Positions 59,050 to 64,000 of a stretch of DNA of 64,000 bases are shown in pieces. A program made the translations under genes and the position numbers. Every line of letters begins with the position of its first letter. Position 1 is the first letter of the stretch. This stretch comes from the human T2T-CHM13v2.0 reference genome, Homo sapiens, in the NCBI RefSeq assembly GCF_009914755.1, contig NC_060927.1, one strand, 5' to 3'. The notes beneath the pieces were generated by a model. That model made no database searches. It saw only the letters and a program-made list of their open reading frames with translations, and was not told the DNA's origin.

Positions 59050-59884
59050 TAGCCAGGATGGTCTCAATCTCCTGACCTCGTGATCCACCTGCCTCAGCCT
59101 CCCAAAGTGCTGGGATTACAGGCGTGAGCCACTGTGCCCAGCCAATAGTATTATGTTTTAAATTTAAAAGTCCACTGTTTTTTGCTGATATATGAGAAAT
59201 AAATTGATGTTTGCATATGAACCTTGTATCCTACAACATTGGTATAATAACTTATTAGTTCCAGATATTTTTTATTAATTCATTCCAATTTTCTACATCG
59301 ATGACAATTTCATCTGTGAACAAAGGCGGTTTTATTTCTTCTTTCCCAGTTTGTGTATCTTTTCTTTGCTTTTTGCATTAGCTAGGACTTACGGTATGAT
59401 GTTGAAAAGCAGTGGTGAGAAGGGACATCATTACCTTGCTCCCGATCTTTGTATAAAGTCTCTAGTTTCTCACCACTAACTGTGATGTTAGCTGTAGGTG
59501 GTTTTTTAAATCAAGTTGAGCAAGTTCCCCTCTATTCGTAGTTTACTGAGAGTTATTATCATTCCAAATGGGTATTGTACTTCGTCAAATACATCTATTT
59601 GACATCTATTTTTCTGTGTCTATTGATATAATCATGTGATTTTTCTTTTCTTTTTTTGAGACAGGGTATCACTCTGTCACACCAGCTGGAGTGCAGTGGT
59701 ACAAACACAGCTCACTGCAGCCTCCACCTCCTAGGCCATGTGATCTTTCTTATTTAGCCTGTTAATGTGATAGATTACATAAATTGATTTTCAAATATTG
59801 AACCAACCTTTCATACCTGAGATAAATCTCACTTAGTCATGGTGTATAATTTCTTCTATGGATTGTTAGATTCAATTTGCTAAT

Positions 59885-59956
59885 ATTTGTTGGTGTAAAA
59901 GTCATTGTGGTTTTTGCCATTGAAAGTAATGGCAAATGACTTTTGCACCAACCTAA
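59885..59956. mobile_element. MADE1 (Hsmar1-derived MITE)
   Basis: gttggtgtaaaagtcattgtggtttttgccatt...aatggcaaatgacttttgcaccaaccta. Confidence 0.85.
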
Positions 59957-60010
59957 GGATTTTGCTAAGGATTATTGCATCTATATTTATGAGAGATATT
60001 GCTCTGTAGT

Positions 60011-61611
60011 TGTATTAGTCTGAATTCTCTAGGGAGATACTGGGAGAACCCACCCCCAATATTTCAACGTAAGTTCTATTTTCCATAAGTGTCAGCTGGC
60101 TGAGAAATAAAGAGAGACAGTACAAAGAGAGGAATTTTACAGCTGGGCCGCCAGGGGTGACATCACATATCAGCAGGACCATGATGCCTGCCTGAGTCTC
60201 AGACCAGCAAGTTTTTATTAAGGGTTTCAAAAGGGGAGGGAGTGTAAGAACAGAGAGTAGATACAAAGATCACATGCTTCAAAGGGCAAAAAGCAGAACC
60301 ACTGATAAGGGTCTAACAAAGATCACATGCTTCTGAGGGAACAGGGCAAAGGGCAAAAGCAGAACCACTGATAAGGGTCCAACAAAGATCACAGGGCAAA
60401 GGGCAAAAGCAGAACCACTGATAATGGTCTATGTTCAGCGGTGCACATATTGTCTTGATAAACATCTTAAACAACAGAAAACAGGGTTCAAGAGCAGAGA
60501 ACCAGTCTGACCACGGATTTACCAGGGCTGAGTTTTCCCAACCCTAGCAAGCCTGAGGGTTCTGCAGGAGACTAGGACTTATCTCAATCCTTACCTCAAC
60601 TGCACAAGACAGACATTCCCAGAACGGCCGTTTATAGACCTCCCCCCAGGAGCGCATTCCTTTCCCAGGGTATTAATATTAATATTCCTTGCTAGGAAAA
60701 GAATTTAGCGATATGTTTCCTACTTGCACATCCATTTATAGGCTCTCTGCAAGAAGAAAAATGTGGCTCTTTTAGCCCAACCCCACAGGCAGTCAGACCT
60801 TATGGTTGTCTTCCCTTGTTCCATAAAAATCGCTATTATTCTGTTCTTTTTCAAGGTGCACTGATTTCATATTTTTCAACTACACATGTTTTACAATCAA
60901 TTTGTACAGTTAGCACAATTATCACAGTGGTCCTGAGGTGACATACATCTTCAGCCTACGAAGATAACAGGATTAAGAGATTAAAGACAGGCATAAGAAA
61001 TTATAAAAGTGTTATTTGAGAACTGATAAATGTCCATATTAAGATGAAATCTTCACAATTTATGTTCCTCTGCCGCAGCTCCAGCTGGTCCCTCCATTCA
61101 GGGTCCCTGACTTCCCATAACAGGGAGACAGTGCCAATGGGATATATATAGAGAGATATACGAAAGAGATTTATTAGAGGAATTGGCTCACACAATTATG
61201 GAGGCTGAAAAGTCCAATAACAGGCCATCTGCAAGCTGGAGACCCTGGAATGTCAATGGCATAACTCAGTCCAAGGCCGAAGGCCTGAGAACCCAGGGGG
61301 CTGCTGGTGCAAGTCCTGGAGTCCACAGGCCAGGGAGTTCTAACACGCAAGGGCAGGAGAGGAAGGGTATATCCCAGCTCCTGCAGATAAATCAACACAC
61401 TTGCTTTTTCTGTTTTCGTTCTCTCTTGTCTCTTGGCTTATTAGATGGTGCCTGCCCACATTGTGAGGGTGGCTCATCTTTACCTAGTGCACTTAGACTC
61501 ACACACTCATCTCCTCATGCTGATCACAAGCACATCCAAAAGTAACATTTTACCAGGTTTCTACAGTGTTCCTTAATCCATTCAAGTTGACACCTAAAAT
61601 TAATCCTCACA
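60011..61611 (-). mobile_element. MLT2-type (ERVL) LTR split by MER11
   Basis: tgtattagtc...aatcctcaca termini; perfect 5-bp TSD gtagt. Confidence 0.8.
60038..61122 (-). mobile_element. MER11 (HERV-K/HML-8) solo LTR
   Basis: Minus strand begins tgttatgggaagtcagggaccc; 6-bp TSD gggaga; internal repeats of about 50 bp. Confidence 0.85.
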
Positions 61612-61887
61612 GTAGTTTTCTTTTCTTGTAATGTCTTTGTCTGTTTCAGTATTGGGGTAATGCTGCCCTCATGGAATGAGTTAAGAAGTATTCCCTCTGT
61701 TTCTGTCTTCTGGAAGACATAGTAGAGAATTGGTATAATTTATTTCTGAATGTTTGGTAGAATTCACCAATGAACCCACCTGGACTGGGTGATCTCTGTT
61801 TTAAAATATTTTGAATTATTGATTCAATTTCTCTAATACATATAGGCCTCTTCAGATTGTCTGTTTTTCTTGTGTGAGTTTTAGTAA

Positions 61888-62228
<341 letters not shown>

Positions 62229-63204
62229 TAAATTGACATCTAGGTTATCAAATTTTGGGGCATAAAGTTGTTTATAATATTCCTTTATTATTCTTTCGGT
62301 GTCCATGGGATCTGTAGTTATGTGCCCTCTTTCATTGCTCATGTCAGTAATATGTGTCTTCTCTATTTTTTTTTCTTAGCCTGGCTAGAGGCTTATTGAT
62401 TTTTCTTGATCTTTTCAAAGAACCAGAATTTAGTTTCATTTTTCTCTATTGATCTCCTGCTTTACATTTCATTGATTTCTATTCTAGTGTTTATTATTTC
62501 TGTCATTCTTCTTACTTTGGAATTAAGTTGCTCTTCTTTTTCTAGTTTCTTGAAGTAAAACTTTAGACTACTGATCTTATATCTTAATTCTTTTGTACAT
62601 TTCTCTTGAGATTTCTTTTCTGACCCATTTGTTATTTAAAACTGTGCAGTTTTATTTCCAAGTATTTTGGGTATTTCTTGCTAAATTTATGTTATTGATT
62701 TTTAGTTTAATTCTACTGTGGTCTGAGAGCAGATATTGTATTATTTCTACTCTTTTAAATCTGTTAAGTTGTGTTTTATGGCTCACAGTGTGTTTTGTCA
62801 TGGTAAATGTTCCATGTGAGCTTGAGAAGAGTCTGTACTTTGCTGTTATTAGATGAAGTAGTCTATAGATGTCCCTTGTATACAGTTGATTGATGGTGCT
62901 ACTGAATTCAACTATGTCCTTACTGATTTTCTGCATTCTGGATTTTATCCATTACTGATAGAGGGGTGTTGAAGTTTACAGTTATAATAGTGGATACATC
63001 TGTTTCTCTTTGCAGTTCTGTCCATTTTTGCCTCATGTATTTTGATGTTCCATTGTTGGCACATGCACATTAAGGATTTTTATTTCTTGTTGAATTAACC
63101 CCTTTATCATTTTGTGACCCACTTTTTAATCCTGATAACTTTCCTTGGTCTAAAGTCAGCTCTGTCTGAAATTTATGTAGCTATTCTTGCTTTCTCTTAA
63201 TGAC

Positions 63205-63558
63205 TATGTTAGTCTGTTTTCATGCTGTTAATAAAGACATACCTGAGACTGGGTAATTTATAAAGGAAAGAGGTTTAATGGACTCACAGTTCCACATGGC
63301 TGGGGAGGCTTCACAATCATGGCAGAAGGCAAATGAGGAGCAAAGGCATGTCTTACATGGTAGCAGACAAGAGTTTGTGCAGAGGAGCTTCCATTTATAA
63401 AACCATCAGATTTCATGAGACTTATTCACTACCATGAGAACAGTATGTGGGAAACCACTCCCATGATTCAATTATCTCCACCTGGCTCCACCTTTGATAC
63501 ATGGGGATTACTACAATTCAAGGTGAAATTTGGGTGGAGACACAGCCAAACCATATCA
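63205..63558 (-). mobile_element. THE1 solo LTR
   Basis: Same family as the 43155 and 45439 LTRs; ends ccaaaccatatca. Confidence 0.88.
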
Positions 63559-63919
63559 GTTACTATTAGGATGGTATGTCCATCCATTTACTACACAATC
63601 TACATGTGTCTTTATAAAGTGGGTTTCTTGTAGACAACATATAGTTGAGTCATGTTTTTTATCTACTGTAATGATCTCTTGTTTCGAATTGATATATTTA
63701 TACCATTGACTTTTAAAGTGATTATTGATATAGTTGGATTATTATCTATCATATTTGTTACTTTTTTCTACTTGCTGCCTTTGTTCGTAGTTCCTGTTTT
63801 TGTCTTCCAGTCTTTTTCTGAGTTTTGGTGTTTTAATTGAACATTTTATGTGATTTTGTCACATGATTTTGTCTGAAAGTATCTTATTTCTCTGCTTTTG
63901 AAGGTTAATTTTGTAGGAT

Positions 63920-64000
63920 GTTTATATGGTTTGGCTCTGTGTTCCCACCCAAATCTCATGTTGAGTTGTGTGGCCTGGTGGGAGGTGATTGGATCATGTG
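63920..64000 (+). mobile_element. Start of a MaLR (MST/THE1) LTR, cut by the window edge
   Basis: atatggtttggctctgtgttcccacccaaatctcatg. Confidence 0.7.

Overview
Human genomic DNA, recognised as the HACL1/BTD locus (3p25). The minus strand holds the complete 17-exon CDS of HACL1 (2-hydroxyacyl-CoA lyase 1), from ATG 41782 to TAA 1263. All exons sit at GT-AG junctions and sum to 1737 nt (578 aa + stop). HACL1 shares a CpG-island bidirectional promoter (about 41.5-42.5 kb) with BTD (biotinidase, + strand), of which only alternative first exons and part of intron 1 are in the window. The rest is intronic and repeat-rich: about 40 Alus, a two-LTR THE1 element, MST/MLT/MER11 LTRs, old L1/L2/MIR and DNA-transposon relics. 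I see no new protein-coding system; the long ORFs are repeat artefacts. The most unusual features are: (i) several inverted-templated, template-switch-like scars, including a perfect 229-bp tandem duplication with a fold-back junction, a perfect 21-bp hairpin and Alu ends copied in inverted orientation; (ii) a 1.3-kb purine/pyrimidine-alternating tract with a 28-bp minisatellite next to exon 4; (iii) a compact promoter with phase-matched alternative BTD first exons. Repeat family names come from recall of consensus sequences, and repeat boundaries are approximate.
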